The notes: generated by a model not told the origin, from the letters alone. A DNA stretch of 64,000 bases from Microcystaceae cyanobacterium (GCA_041746575.1 JBGTGT010000133.1:42848-106847); one strand, 5' to 3'; counted from the stretch's first letter, positions 45,656-57,439 are shown. Program-made: numbers and translations.

Positions 45656-45823
45656 AGCATTCTATCATAAGCCAATCTACATTTTATCTGCAAGATTGGG
45701 CAGTTCTCTCATCCTTGAGGGATACTGTAAATAGAAGGGAAAGATACAATCGAAAATGCTCAAACCCTGAGCAAAATCTTAGCTCAACTTAACCTTTCGT
45801 TACGTCATTATCTGTCCAAAAAT

Positions 45824-46552
45824 ATGATCATGAAAAAAATTCTTTTAGGGATGGTCTTACTGATCTTATCGGGAGTCACCGTCGCTTGCAATCAAGTTGA
45901 TGAAGAAGCACCCAATCCCGAAACCCCTACCAGTCAAACGCTGCCGCCCCCCCCCAATCCCAACCCTGTGGCGACTGCTAGTACGCCCTTTTCGTCGGAC
46001 TCGACTCCAACAACGGGGAAAGTCAATCTGATTCCCCCAACCACATCTAAGCAAAGACGAGCAGAAATTCTTAAAGGAAGACCTGACCCTTATGCCACGT
46101 TTCCGGCCAAAGCTGAGGTCGTCAAGCCCGAAAATCCTGCCTCTCAAAGCAGTGGTAATGCTGAAAAATTCCCGTCCGATGGCAATGCCCCCCGTTCTTT
46201 CCGCCCCCCTATCCCGGGTGAAGGCTCAACGTCTCCTGTTGCCCGTTCAAATGGGCGTGGACAGTTATCTCCTCCGTCTGCCCCCGTTATCCCACCGCCC
46301 CCACCGAGTCCTGATGAAGCAGAGGCTGTCAATGTGTCTGGGGTAATTCAGTTAGGGGGAACGTCCGTAGCAATTTTAACCGCACCCGGCGAAAAGGGAG
46401 TACGCCATGTCAAACCGGGGGATCGCATTGCTGAAGGGCAAGTTTTAGTCAAATCGATTAATATAAGTGCCAGACAACCGTTTGTGGTTTTAGAACAGTA
46501 TGGACAGGAAGTTATTAAAGTAGTGGGCGACAATACCACTGCCGCCCTTTAG
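45824..46552 (+). CDS. Pro-rich lipoprotein
   Basis: Lipobox TVAC; GRPDPY; C-terminal beta domain. Confidence 0.8.
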   Translation: MIMKKILLGMVLLILSGVTVACNQVDEEAPNPETPTSQTLPPPPNPNPVATASTPFSSDSTPTTGKVNLIPPTTSKQRRAEILKGRPDPYATFPAKAEVVKPENPASQSSGNAEKFPSDGNAPRSFRPPIPGEGSTSPVARSNGRGQLSPPSAPVIPPPPPSPDEAEAVNVSGVIQLGGTSVAILTAPGEKGVRHVKPGDRIAEGQVLVKSINISARQPFVVLEQYGQEVIKVVGDNTTAAL

Positions 46553-46589
46553 TTTTGACTTCATCGAGTCGATTTAAGCGTTAATTAAG

Positions 46590-46859
46590 ATGCCACCTCA
46601 TACACATCCACAATGGCTGACTTATCCTTCTCTTCCTTTGGCCGTTTATCGAGAAATTGCGGCACACCTACAGCAAGTGGAGGGGGTTCAGGTCGAAGTA
46701 TTACCTCAAGATGCCCCCTCTTTTGACTATGGGCAAAGTCAGGTTAAAGGGTTAAGTTTGGGTTATTCTGAGTCCCTAACAGATGCCCAACGCCAGCAAG
46801 TCCAATCAATTTTGGATTATTACGCTAAAATTCATGGAAATTATGAAATTAAGTTTTAA
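46590..46859 (+). CDS. Conserved hypothetical protein
   Basis: LPLAVYREIAAHLQQV...FDYGQSQV. Confidence 0.8.
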   Translation: MPPHTHPQWLTYPSLPLAVYREIAAHLQQVEGVQVEVLPQDAPSFDYGQSQVKGLSLGYSESLTDAQRQQVQSILDYYAKIHGNYEIKF

Positions 46860-46981
46860 TTGCCGGAATTAAGCGTATTGTGCCTCTTTTATAAAATTTG
46901 CTCCCAACTTTCCGTCCTATGTTAAACTCCTAAGGACATTGTTCTGTGTGATTGAGTGACATTTGACAGGCATAAAACAAT

Positions 46982-47713
46982 ATGAGTATGGATGATATTC
47001 CTCAAGCGTTGAGGAAACCAGAAAAACCTAAGTCGATTGATGATTCTTGGCTTTCCTTGCCGATTTTTGCGACGATTATAGGAATAATTGCTCTGCTGGG
47101 CGGATTAGGTTTTTTTTGGGCTACCCAAGAACGTCCCCCTGCCGTCATTTCTCAAGTCTCTCCTTCAGCGTTGGTAGAGCCTAGTCCGACGACTGAAAAT
47201 GTCTTAGGTCATTTATCCTACTCAGAAGCCCCAGAGGAAGTTTTAGTTCCCTTGACTGCCGATGGAGGGTTACGCTTACGAAAATCGGCCGCCCAAGAAT
47301 TTCGGAGAATGCAGCAAGATGCTAGGGCAGACGGGATTATTCTCCTACCTTTATCAGGTTTTAGAACGGTTGCTGAGCAAAATTACCTCTTTTTTAAAGT
47401 CAAAGAACAGCGAAATCAAGACGCGCAAAAACGAGCCGAAGTAAGCGCACCTCCCGGTTATAGTGAGCATCATACGGGGTACGCCCTTGACATTGGCGAT
47501 GGACGAACGCCTGCGACAAATCTTAGTCAAAGCTTTGAAAATACCGCTGCGTTTCACTGGTTACAACAAAATGCCGCCCGTTATAGTTTTGAGATGTCTT
47601 TTCCCCTCAATAATCCCCAAGGCATTAATTATGAACCGTGGCACTGGCGTTATGTGGGAGATAGCACGAGCTTAGAAACTTTTTATAAGGCACAACAGTT
47701 AAAAAAGAATTAA
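46982..47713 (+). CDS. M15 / VanY D-Ala-D-Ala carboxypeptidase
   Basis: SGFR, APPGYSEHHTGYALD, YEPWHWRY. Confidence 0.93.
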   Translation: MSMDDIPQALRKPEKPKSIDDSWLSLPIFATIIGIIALLGGLGFFWATQERPPAVISQVSPSALVEPSPTTENVLGHLSYSEAPEEVLVPLTADGGLRLRKSAAQEFRRMQQDARADGIILLPLSGFRTVAEQNYLFFKVKEQRNQDAQKRAEVSAPPGYSEHHTGYALDIGDGRTPATNLSQSFENTAAFHWLQQNAARYSFEMSFPLNNPQGINYEPWHWRYVGDSTSLETFYKAQQLKKN

Positions 47714-47922
47714 GAGATTCTTGGCATAGGGTTTCTTAAAGGCTTGCGTAAAGTATTGCAAAAAAAGTTCAATAAATGTTGCAGATGCTGCTTTTCGACT
47801 GCCATCTTTGTCATAATTAAAATTAGAAAACAAAAGAGCGAAGGAATTGATCCCTCATTAATTTTTCTTTAATCTTATTCCGTTTTCACCTTCGCATCTA
47901 TTACAATTGAGAGGTCACAGTT

Positions 47923-48066
47923 ATGATGAAAGCGTTACAGAATTTAGTACAATACGTTACCGAAGGATTTGCTCGTATTTTTAGTCCTAGTGATGATGAA
48001 TATCCTGAAATTGGGGTTCAACCCTTTGATAGCGACCCCTATGTTCCTTCTAAACCTGAAATCTAA
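47923..48066 (+). CDS. Small 47-aa protein (missing from ORF track)
   Basis: GAGAGG RBS; MMKALQNLVQYVTEGFARIFSPSDDEYPEIGVQPFDSDPYVPSKPEI; downstream hairpin at 48123-48146. Confidence 0.8.
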   Translation: MMKALQNLVQYVTEGFARIFSPSDDEYPEIGVQPFDSDPYVPSKPEI

Positions 48067-48317
48067 ATTCACCGTTTGAAGGGGTTCAAATGAAGAAAAT
48101 AAGATGAAGTGTAGACACGTCAGTGGAGTTACCCTAACAACTCCACCTTTTGCCATTCCTAATCATTATTTGTTGTAGCATTCTACCTTTGACGAGGTTA
48201 ATCTAAGGTTGATTTAACGTAAAGTGCGATTTTGGATAAGCAACCTGTCGAACCCCTATTGATCCATAAATCGGTAAAATGAATAAGAACGGGGCAACCC
48301 TATTATTCAAAATTGAC

Positions 48318-50216
48318 ATGACCCTCAGACTCCCTCAAGACTTTCAAGGCACCTTTGACGTTATCGTGGTCGGTGCTGGCCATTCCGGTTGTGAATCTGC
48401 CTTAGCTTGCGCTCGCTTAGGCTGTCGTACCCTGATGTTAACCTTAAATTTGGACAAAATTGCTTGGCAACCCTGTAATCCTGCCGTAGGAGGTCCGGCG
48501 AAATCCCAATTAACCCATGAGGTGGACGCATTAGGGGGAGAAATTGGCAAAATGGCTGATCGTACCTATTTACAAAAGCGGGTTCTCAATTTGTCGCGGG
48601 GACCAGCAGTGTGGGCTTTAAGAGCGCAGACGGATAAGCGGGAATACGCCGCCGTTATGAAGAATATTATCGAAAATCAAGAAAATTTAGTCATTCGAGA
48701 AGGAATGGCTACGGATTTGGTATTAGGTAATAATGAGGAAATTGTTGGCGTACAAACTTACTTTGGAACGTGCTTTCAAGCAAAGGCTGTTATCCTCACC
48801 ACAGGGACGTTTTTAGGCGGAAAAATCTGGATTGGCGGAAAATCTATGTCCGCTGGACGTGCAGGAGAATTTGCGGCGGTTGGACTAACGGAAACCCTCA
48901 ATCAGCTAGGATTTGAAACGGGACGGTTAAAAACAGGGACTCCAGCGCGGGTAGATAAGCGTTCGGTTGACTATAGCAGACTTGAACCCCAACCCCCCGA
49001 TGAGGAAATACGCTGGTTTAGTTTTGACCCTGAGGTGTGGATAGAACGAGAACAGATGAATTGTTACTTAACTCGGACAACAGCAAAAACCCATCAGTTA
49101 ATTCGGGATAATTTGCATTTATCGCCGATTTATGGCGGTTTTATCGATTCTAAAGGGCCACGCTATTGCCCATCGATTGAAGATAAGATTGTCCGCTTTG
49201 CCGATAAGGAAAGTCATCAAATTTTTATTGAACCCGAAGGGCGAGATATTCCTGAGTTATATATACAAGGGTTTTCAACGGGATTACCTGAAAACATTCA
49301 ATTAGCCATGTTACACACTTTACCCGGTTTAGAAAACTGTATCATGTTGCGGCCAGCTTATGCGGTAGAGTACGATTATTTACCGGCTACTCAATGTTAT
49401 CCGACTTTGATGACGAAGAAGATTGAAGGGCTATTTTGTGCGGGACAAATTAATGGGACGACAGGGTATGAAGAAGCGGCGGCGCAGGGTATTGTTGCTG
49501 GCATTAATGCGGCTAAATTTGTTAGAAATGAGGACATGATTATCTTTTCGAGGGAAGAAAGTTATCTCGGTACACTCATTGATGATTTATGTACCAAAGA
49601 TTTAAGAGAACCCTATCGAATGTTAACCTCTCGTTCAGAATATCGTCTGATTTTACGGTCGGATAATGCTGACCAAAGATTAACTCCTCTAGGATATAAA
49701 ATTGGCTTAATTAATCGCCGTCGTTGGCAATTGTTTCAAGATAAACAAGCTCAGATTATTGCGGAAAAAGAGCGGTTACACGAAACTCGTATTAAGGAAA
49801 ATAATGAGGCGGGAATCGCTATTGCGGCTGATACCCAACAGAAGATTAAAGGCTCTGTTTCCCTTGCGGATTTATTACGTCGCCCCCAAGTCCATTATGA
49901 GGATTTAGAACGGTACGGATTAGGGAATATGAGTTTAAATCAAGCCGAAAAAGAAGGGGCGGAAATTGATATTAAATATGCAGGTTATTTGAAACGCCAA
50001 CAAAACCAAATTGATCAAATGAGTCGTCATCATCGGCGAAATTTACCCCAAGATTTAGATTATATGGCTATTGATACTCTATCCATGGAAGCAAGGGAAA
50101 AACTGAACAAAGTGAAGCCTTTAACCCTTGGTCAAGCGTCCCGCATTGGGGGGGTTAATCCGGCAGATATTAACGCTTTACTGGTGTATTTGGAGTTAAA
50201 AATGGTGACGAAATAA
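48318..50216 (+). CDS. mnmG: tRNA U34 modification enzyme MnmG/GidA
   Basis: [43 protein letters not shown]. Confidence 0.97.
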   Translation: MTLRLPQDFQGTFDVIVVGAGHSGCESALACARLGCRTLMLTLNLDKIAWQPCNPAVGGPAKSQLTHEVDALGGEIGKMADRTYLQKRVLNLSRGPAVWALRAQTDKREYAAVMKNIIENQENLVIREGMATDLVLGNNEEIVGVQTYFGTCFQAKAVILTTGTFLGGKIWIGGKSMSAGRAGEFAAVGLTETLNQLGFETGRLKTGTPARVDKRSVDYSRLEPQPPDEEIRWFSFDPEVWIEREQMNCYLTRTTAKTHQLIRDNLHLSPIYGGFIDSKGPRYCPSIEDKIVRFADKESHQIFIEPEGRDIPELYIQGFSTGLPENIQLAMLHTLPGLENCIMLRPAYAVEYDYLPATQCYPTLMTKKIEGLFCAGQINGTTGYEEAAAQGIVAGINAAKFVRNEDMIIFSREESYLGTLIDDLCTKDLREPYRMLTSRSEYRLILRSDNADQRLTPLGYKIGLINRRRWQLFQDKQAQIIAEKERLHETRIKENNEAGIAIAADTQQKIKGSVSLADLLRRPQVHYEDLERYGLGNMSLNQAEKEGAEIDIKYAGYLKRQQNQIDQMSRHHRRNLPQDLDYMAIDTLSMEAREKLNKVKPLTLGQASRIGGVNPADINALLVYLELKMVTK

Positions 50217-50274
50217 GCCTCAATGTTGGTTAATTTGAGGTGCAAAATTTGACTTCTCAATTATGCTTTGCGTT

Positions 50275-53097
50275 TTAGTCAAAACACGCTCGACTTAATA
50301 ACAATTTTCCCTCAGGCGAACGATAAATTCCTTGCGGTTCAATGATTGGATCTCCTTTTTTCCAAGTGGGTTTATGATCAACGTTAGGGATTTCTTGAAC
50401 TGTCCCCGTGGGATAGGGAGCAATACCGGAGTCTCCCGGACGTGACGGCAATCCCCCTGCGCCTGTAATCGTAAGTTGTCCCCTTTGGGAGCTTTCTGGG
50501 ACAATACAACGATTAGAAATGAGTTTTTCGGGGTCAATCAAAGAATCTGGCAATTGAACAAGACTATTTTGAATAAACGTTAAATCGGGGATAAAAATTA
50601 CCCCTGCCACTGCGCCACTGGCATTAATGTCCACTCGCCCGTTATGATTGAGAATATTAGGGTCTGACACCGAAGAAGTGGGTTGATAACCATTGCCAAA
50701 GAAAACGGGGGTATTAAGTCGAATATCGCCCCCTCTGCCATCTCGTGCAAAAGCTAAAATATCACTGTCATTGAAATTGATGATAGAATTAGCAGTTAAA
50801 GTAATATTTCCCCCTCCTCCTTCACCAGTCTCTACATTTGTCCGAATATCACTATTTCCTGATAAACGAATATCTTGTGCGACGATGTTAATTTCTCCGC
50901 CAGATGCTTGATTGGCGTTGGCACTAATTAAGCCATCTTGAGCTGTGAATAAACCTGTAATATTAAGATTAATATTGCCAGCATTTCCTTCCCCTTGAGA
51001 AAGGGTTGTTATTTGACTATTATTATCTAAAGTCAGAGAATCAGCGTTAATTTGAATAAAGCCCCCTTTTCCATTTCTGCGAGTAGCTGCTGAAATTAAT
51101 GCACCATTAATTACGCTTAAATGGGAAGTTGTTAAATCAATATTACCAGCACTACCTTCACCTTGAGTTGTTGAAAAGATACCTGTTGTAAAATCTTGTA
51201 AGGTTAAGGTTATAGCATCAGAAGCATTAATCGTTAAATTTCCACCTTGTCCTTGGTTAAGAGTTGAAGTTGAGATAAATGCACCCGCATTAAGTTCAAG
51301 ACGTTTTGTAAGAATATTTAAGTTACCTGCATTACCGATACTAAGAGAACCAGTGGAAATTGAACTGGGAAAACCTTGTAAACTGACTAAATCAGATGCT
51401 TCAATGAAGATGGCACCTCCTTCACCTCCTTCTCCACGTACAGCTTCGGTTTCTGCTGTTATAACTCCTCTATTTCCTAAGAAAAGATTTTTTGTGTATA
51501 TATTAATGTTTCCTGCATCGCCTCTACCACTTGTATCAGTTGAAATAATACTAAAAGCAGGGTTATTAAAGTCAAAGGTATTAAGATTAATTGAGTCTGA
51601 TACTTGAATTATTATGTCTCCCCCTTCAGTAAACTCTGTCTCAGTAGAAACCAATCCACCATTAATAACATTAAAATTTCGAGCTTGAAGAAAAATATCT
51701 CCTCCTTTAGTTGCCGAAACATTGACTGCTCTTATAAATGCACTATCAATAGTAATATTATGATTAGCTTGAATTCTTATATCTCCTGACAGTCCTTGAC
51801 TATTAAACGACACATTACCAATGAAAGAAAATAACTGAGAGGTAAGATTATTTGTTTCAATGACTAAATTTCCACTATTGCCTATAATAGTTGTCTTACC
51901 AGATGTATCTTGGTTAATTGTTCCTGTAGAAAGAATCGAACCATTAACGAGATTAATTTCTTCTGCTTTAATTTGAATATCTTTGGCATCTCCATTGCTT
52001 AAGGTAAAAGAAATAATGGCAGATTCGTTAGTCAGATTGAGCGTTTTTCCTTGAATATTAATTTCTCCGTTACCACTTCCCAAAATGTCTGGATTAATTA
52101 AAGCAAGCTGGTTTAAATTAATATTTCCCTGACTCGCTTTCTCTATTCCTTCAAATCCTAATTGCCATCCATTGCTGACTGGCGTTAGACTGACATTTCC
52201 TCCGTTCATCACACTTCCTACTTCTATCCTGCCACCTAGTGCTGTAATAAAACCGCCCTCTAGATTAATATCTCCTCCTATCAAGGCTAAAGTGTTATTA
52301 GGTAATACATATAAGCTATCTATACTTTCTATTTCTCCTTCAGGACTTAAAGTCACAGGACGAGATAACAACTCAGTTAATATATTTTTGGTTAGATTAT
52401 TTACCTCTTCTGGCGTTGTATCTGGCGTAATACTTTGCAAAAATCTATTTAAAGGTTTATCTTTTCCTTGTACGGTAATGGGTTGAGAATTGGTTTGAGT
52501 AAATTGTAAACCGATGGGAGTGCTAACGGTTAAAAGCGGAGAAGATTGCGCTAAATTGGCACTGAAAATTGTGCCATCTGCAAAGTTAATTTGATTTGCT
52601 GTCGTTGCAATAAATGAGCCGCCTACATTTAAGCTTGCATTTTCACCAAATAAAATCCCATTCGGATTGAGAAAAAAGATATTCGCTGTTCCTAAATCTT
52701 GTAGCGATATCAAATTCGACAAGTTAATCTCTGAAAGATTGGGTAGATTCATCAACAGATTATTAATCGTGCTTTCTTTGATTAAGCCTAAAGTCCCCAA
52801 TAAATTAGAAGGATTATCTCCTGTTACCCGAATTAAGAGATTATTAACCCCATCAGGATTACTTAGAATAATCGTTTGTCCTTCAGAAATACTAAAATCT
52901 TGAAAACTCTGAAATAAATTTTCACCTCGGATTGCTCCCCCTTGAATTAATTGTAATAATTCCGAAAAAGGAATAACAATTGCACTTTCTGACCCTAAAC
53001 TTTGATCAGGAGTCACCTGTGCTAAGGTTAATGGATAATGAATTAACGAACTTCCTAAGAAACTGAGTAAACCTAATCCGATTTTAAAAGGAAACAT
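50275..53097 (-). CDS. Filamentous haemagglutinin-like (TPS domain) beta-helix exoprotein
   Basis: NLFQSFQDF, NPNGILFG, G.AGNI.I repeats, C-terminal TGAGGLP...IIEPQG. Confidence 0.9.
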   Translation of the reverse strand: MFPFKIGLGLLSFLGSSLIHYPLTLAQVTPDQSLGSESAIVIPFSELLQLIQGGAIRGENLFQSFQDFSISEGQTIILSNPDGVNNLLIRVTGDNPSNLLGTLGLIKESTINNLLMNLPNLSEINLSNLISLQDLGTANIFFLNPNGILFGENASLNVGGSFIATTANQINFADGTIFSANLAQSSPLLTVSTPIGLQFTQTNSQPITVQGKDKPLNRFLQSITPDTTPEEVNNLTKNILTELLSRPVTLSPEGEIESIDSLYVLPNNTLALIGGDINLEGGFITALGGRIEVGSVMNGGNVSLTPVSNGWQLGFEGIEKASQGNINLNQLALINPDILGSGNGEINIQGKTLNLTNESAIISFTLSNGDAKDIQIKAEEINLVNGSILSTGTINQDTSGKTTIIGNSGNLVIETNNLTSQLFSFIGNVSFNSQGLSGDIRIQANHNITIDSAFIRAVNVSATKGGDIFLQARNFNVINGGLVSTETEFTEGGDIIIQVSDSINLNTFDFNNPAFSIISTDTSGRGDAGNINIYTKNLFLGNRGVITAETEAVRGEGGEGGAIFIEASDLVSLQGFPSSISTGSLSIGNAGNLNILTKRLELNAGAFISTSTLNQGQGGNLTINASDAITLTLQDFTTGIFSTTQGEGSAGNIDLTTSHLSVINGALISAATRRNGKGGFIQINADSLTLDNNSQITTLSQGEGNAGNINLNITGLFTAQDGLISANANQASGGEINIVAQDIRLSGNSDIRTNVETGEGGGGNITLTANSIINFNDSDILAFARDGRGGDIRLNTPVFFGNGYQPTSSVSDPNILNHNGRVDINASGAVAGVIFIPDLTFIQNSLVQLPDSLIDPEKLISNRCIVPESSQRGQLTITGAGGLPSRPGDSGIAPYPTGTVQEIPNVDHKPTWKKGDPIIEPQGIYRSPEGKLLLSRACFD

Positions 53098-53333
53098 AGT
53101 AATTTAAACTCCTGATGACAGGTTAATTACAAAAAAATAGAAAGCTCTCTCTTAATAAAGAGAGATTAAACGTCATTCAGCAAATTGTATTTTTTACAAG
53201 AACAATCTTAGATGATTGTGTTAATAATTAAAACATAGAAAAAAGCTAAATCACTTTGCTTCTATTTCTCGTTCCCTTTTAAGCTCGTTTTAACTGACAA
53301 TCTTCCTAAAACTGCTATCGTTACTCAGTCTTT

Positions 53334-54236
53334 TTATGAAGATAATGTAACTTTATTTTTTTGGGTAAGAATTACATTAACTCCTAAGACTCCCATACTA
53401 ATTAATCCTAACAAATAAGAAGGCTCAGGAACAGAACACATTTCTACGGGTTGAGGAAGGGTAGGATAGGCTGGAAAGTTGGGTATAGGTTCAGTAAATT
53501 CCGGAGGCGGACTATTCGGGGGTTGATTAGGTGGCGGATTAGGAATTGTTGTGGTTAAAGCAGAAATTGAGGCAAACCAATAAGGAATAATAGGTGGATT
53601 TCCATTCGCACTATAATAAGAAAAACCAGCCAAAGTTCCTGATATAATTTGCCCACCTCCAAAAAATACTAGCGGATCGCTTCCCGTAAATTCCAATGTT
53701 TTATAATCGCCTGTGGGAGGAGCAATGCTTCCCATCCCTGTAAAAGATAATGCTTGTGCAGGTAATAAAGGTTGACTGGCAAATCCATCTGACACAAAAC
53801 TTGTGTTAGTGCTTGCAGGAGGAACAGATGGCATAACAATATTGAAAGCAGGTAACAAAGCAGATTCAATTAAGTTCAAACTCGCAGGGGATTCCCCCAT
53901 TGAACTTAGAAGGGGGGTGTCAACTAACAGATTAATATTCAGGGTGGCATACCCCGAATCAAAATTATATAAAATTACGTTCGTTTGGCTGGTATCTAGA
54001 GTAAACGATATGGGACCTGATGGCACAATTCCCATCCCTAAATCAATATCAATACTGGGTGCGCTTCCCATATAACTGCTTATCTCCATCACAGAAACCC
54101 CTGAAACCACGAATTTACCGTTAGCTGTTACTGTTCCTTCTGGACAGGCGGCTTTGGCAACAGGGGTAAATACCCACAAGTTCAAACAAAGAATATTTAA
54201 ACAAGCCGGTATGATTTTATGAGAACGTTGATACAT
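53334..54236 (-). CDS. PEP-CTERM-like surface protein
   Basis: Signal peptide (AKA), Pro-rich linker, VPEPS + TM helix + basic tail. Confidence 0.85.
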   Translation of the reverse strand: MYQRSHKIIPACLNILCLNLWVFTPVAKAACPEGTVTANGKFVVSGVSVMEISSYMGSAPSIDIDLGMGIVPSGPISFTLDTSQTNVILYNFDSGYATLNINLLVDTPLLSSMGESPASLNLIESALLPAFNIVMPSVPPASTNTSFVSDGFASQPLLPAQALSFTGMGSIAPPTGDYKTLEFTGSDPLVFFGGGQIISGTLAGFSYYSANGNPPIIPYWFASISALTTTIPNPPPNQPPNSPPPEFTEPIPNFPAYPTLPQPVEMCSVPEPSYLLGLISMGVLGVNVILTQKNKVTLSS

Positions 54237-54387
54237 ACATTGATACCTAAAATTTAGGGTAAATAATCTCTAGAAACTTAACAGATAAATTGAGTGAAGT
54301 CTATATTTTTTTACAATTTCTTTACGCTTGATGATCGATTAATAATTACGATAGCATTAATTTAGATGATTTTTTATTAATAAACCC

Positions 54388-57030
54388 GTGTTTAATCAAG
54401 CTTGGCGTCGTTCTTTTTTGGTTCTTATCTTTGTAAGTAGTCTAGTTTTGTCTTTAGGATGGGGACAGATTACTTTATCGGACAAAATAAACTTTAATCA
54501 TCCTGTCATCGCTCAGACAACGGACGTGAATCAAGGGGTGAACGAGGGTATTGAACAGTATAAACGAGAAAACTATACAGAAGCCATAAAAATATGGCAA
54601 GAAATTCTATATGCTTCTTTAAATTCTCAAGAAAAGCAAATTGTTCTCGAAAATATAGCTAGAGCCTATCAAAAATTAGGTCAAACGAAAAAAGCTTTGG
54701 AATCTTGGTCAAAAGTAGCAGAATATGCCAAAAATGACGAAAGTAAAGTTAAACTAGGTCAAATTTTAACCGAACAAGCCCAACTTTATCTTAATTTAGG
54801 TCAACCGCAAACAGCGATCGCCCTTTTATGTCAGTCCACAAATGAAAAAACGTGTCAGCTAAATACAGCATTAGCGATTGCCCGTAATAACCAAGATTTG
54901 CCGGGAGAAGTCGCCGCCTTAGGAACTTTAGCTGAAGCTTTCCGTCTCAGTGGCAAATATGACCAAAGTATTCGCACCCTAGAAACCGCTTTATCGCTGT
55001 CACCCTCCCTTTATCAGGCTTCTCTAAAACAGAGTTTGGGCAATGCTCTCACAGCCAGAGGACAATTGTGGAAAATCAGAGCAGAATCCGACCAAGAACA
55101 GGGTATTTTCCAGTCCGACGCTTTTAAAACCAATGCGATCGCTGATTATCAACAAGCGGAAATTAATTTTCGTTCAAGTTTACAGTTAACGGAAGATCCA
55201 TTAAATAAACTAGAAAATTTATTAAACTTAATTCGATTATCGTATTATTCACAGAAATTTCAGTTAATTTCAACTGAAAAAAGTGAAATTGACCTACAAA
55301 AAGCCTTAAACCTGCTAGAGAGTGTACCCCCAACGGCGACAACTGTTTATGCCAGTATTGATTTAGCTACGCTACCCGACTTTTCATTGCCGCTGGAAAA
55401 TCCGTTAGCACAATGTCCATCAAAATGGCAACTTTCTGTAACAAAAAGACAAGATATCTTAAAAAATGCCCTAAATATTTCTAAAACCCTAAACAATCCC
55501 CGCAGCGAGTCCTTTGCGTTGGGTGCATTGGGTCATTTTTATGAATGCCAAGAAGACCTAAAAACAGCTTTAACGATTACTCAGCAAGCGATTTTAGTTG
55601 CAAACCAAAGCCTATCGGCTCAAGACAGCTTATATCTTTGGGAATGGCAAAAAGGTCGAATTTTAAACACTCAGGGACTCGTAAAAGGGGCAATTAACGC
55701 TTACCAAGACGCTTACAATACCCTTGAAACCATTCGCAGTGAATTATTAACGGCCGAAAGAGATGTACAATTTGACTTCAGAGATAGTATTGAGCCAATT
55801 TATCGTCAATTAACAGAATTACAACTTGAATTGACAGATTCTACCGATTTATCACCACAAGAACGAAAACAATACCTAGCACAAGCATTAACGGTTACCG
55901 ACAGTTTAAGATTGGCAGAATTGCAAAATTATCTCGGAAATGATTGTTTTTTGCGAATTGATTCCCCTATTTCAAAATCCTTATCTTCCCTGACAGATAC
56001 TGCAACCATTAATTTATTGATTTTTGCAGATAAAACAGCAATTATCTTAACCTTGCCCGATGAAAACAGCAGAATTCATTGGATTCAGCAGAATCGTGCT
56101 AATATACTTGCTATCTTACGTCAGTTTCGTCAGCAATTGCAAGAAGGACAATTGGCATTGGGTGACTACGATATAACCTTATCTAAACAGCTTTACGAGT
56201 GGATTATTCAACCTTTTGCGTCTGATCTAACAGAAAATAACATTAAAACGCTCATTTTCATTAAAGATAGTCTTTTTCGTACTATTCCGATGGCCGCCTT
56301 ACACGATGGCAAACAGTTTTTGATTGAAAAATATGCGATTGCCACCACACCCAGTTTAGCCTTAACTGCTATCGAAGAAAGCACATTTTCTAAGAATAAA
56401 GCCTTAATTTTAGGTGTTACCGAAGAAAGTAAGATCGATGGTCAAATTTTCCCTGCTTTAAGCAATATTTCCCTAGAAATTGCCACTGTTTCTCAGCAAT
56501 TTCCGAACCATCAACCCCTAATCAACGCACAGTTTAACGCCAACACCTTGGCGGAAGCCCTAGATAACGCCGATTATCCTATTATTCATATTGCCACTCA
56601 TGCACAATTTGGGGCAATTGCGGACGATACTTTTCTGGTTGCCGGAAATAATGCCAAAATTACGATTAATAATTTAGAACTTATTTTAAATCGTCTCAGA
56701 GAAGGTTCTGACACCGTTGAACTTTTAACCTTAACCGCCTGTGAAACAGCTGAAGGAAATGAACGATCTGCGCTAGGATTAGCAGGAGTAGCAATACAAG
56801 CCGGTGTTAAAAGTGCGATCGCCTCTCTATGGTCAGTATCGGATGAATCCACTCTACAACTCGTCTCAGCTTTCTATGAAAATTTAGTGAATTCAGGGGT
56901 TAGTAAAGCAGAAGCCTTGAGACAAGCTCAAATCAAACTCATTCAAGCCAAACAATATCCTGAAATTAATAATCAATATAACAATCCTTTTTATTGGGCT
57001 GCTTTTACCCTCATTGGCAATTGGTTATGA
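54388..57030 (+). CDS. TPR-CHAT (caspase/HetF-like) protease
   Basis: N-terminal hydrophobic segment, TPRs, IHIATHAQF (His738), LTLTACETA (Cys785), ASLWSVSD, PFYWAAF. Confidence 0.93.
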   Translation: MFNQAWRRSFLVLIFVSSLVLSLGWGQITLSDKINFNHPVIAQTTDVNQGVNEGIEQYKRENYTEAIKIWQEILYASLNSQEKQIVLENIARAYQKLGQTKKALESWSKVAEYAKNDESKVKLGQILTEQAQLYLNLGQPQTAIALLCQSTNEKTCQLNTALAIARNNQDLPGEVAALGTLAEAFRLSGKYDQSIRTLETALSLSPSLYQASLKQSLGNALTARGQLWKIRAESDQEQGIFQSDAFKTNAIADYQQAEINFRSSLQLTEDPLNKLENLLNLIRLSYYSQKFQLISTEKSEIDLQKALNLLESVPPTATTVYASIDLATLPDFSLPLENPLAQCPSKWQLSVTKRQDILKNALNISKTLNNPRSESFALGALGHFYECQEDLKTALTITQQAILVANQSLSAQDSLYLWEWQKGRILNTQGLVKGAINAYQDAYNTLETIRSELLTAERDVQFDFRDSIEPIYRQLTELQLELTDSTDLSPQERKQYLAQALTVTDSLRLAELQNYLGNDCFLRIDSPISKSLSSLTDTATINLLIFADKTAIILTLPDENSRIHWIQQNRANILAILRQFRQQLQEGQLALGDYDITLSKQLYEWIIQPFASDLTENNIKTLIFIKDSLFRTIPMAALHDGKQFLIEKYAIATTPSLALTAIEESTFSKNKALILGVTEESKIDGQIFPALSNISLEIATVSQQFPNHQPLINAQFNANTLAEALDNADYPIIHIATHAQFGAIADDTFLVAGNNAKITINNLELILNRLREGSDTVELLTLTACETAEGNERSALGLAGVAIQAGVKSAIASLWSVSDESTLQLVSAFYENLVNSGVSKAEALRQAQIKLIQAKQYPEINNQYNNPFYWAAFTLIGNWL

Positions 57031-57070
57031 TCGCTTAAAAACCATGCTTTAAACAATAATAGATTTCCGG

Positions 57071-57439
57071 CTAAGCCTGACACGATTGGCAAAACTGTCG
57101 TAAACGATGTAAAAACAAAGGTTGATGATTGACCAGTTGAAAACAATATTCTTCTACCATAGCCCAAATGGATGCATCTCTTAATTGCTTATTGGCAATA
57201 GTATCACTTAGGGACTTAATTTTTTCTTGAAGTTGTGCATCAGATTGTAACATATCCGCCAACACTCTTTGACTGAAATGAACAATAAAACGGCGATGTC
57301 TCAAATTTTGCTGAAATCGGCGAGCAATGGGAGGATAAGCTAATAATAAGATGGCTAAGCGACAAATCAATTTCTGATAGCTTTGGGTATCGCTTCGATA
57401 GAGATATTTTTTTTGAAGGATACGATCATGATAATTCAT
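57071..57439 (-). CDS. Hypothetical protein
   Basis: 122-aa ORF divergent from the sigma gene; no recognised motif. Confidence 0.55.
   Translation of the reverse strand: MNYHDRILQKKYLYRSDTQSYQKLICRLAILLLAYPPIARRFQQNLRHRRFIVHFSQRVLADMLQSDAQLQEKIKSLSDTIANKQLRDASIWAMVEEYCFQLVNHQPLFLHRLRQFCQSCQA

Noticed and set aside
47944..48156. Short antisense or overlapping ORFs from the track (this one and many nested in long genes)
   Set aside because: Shadow ORFs of better-supported genes, with no motifs
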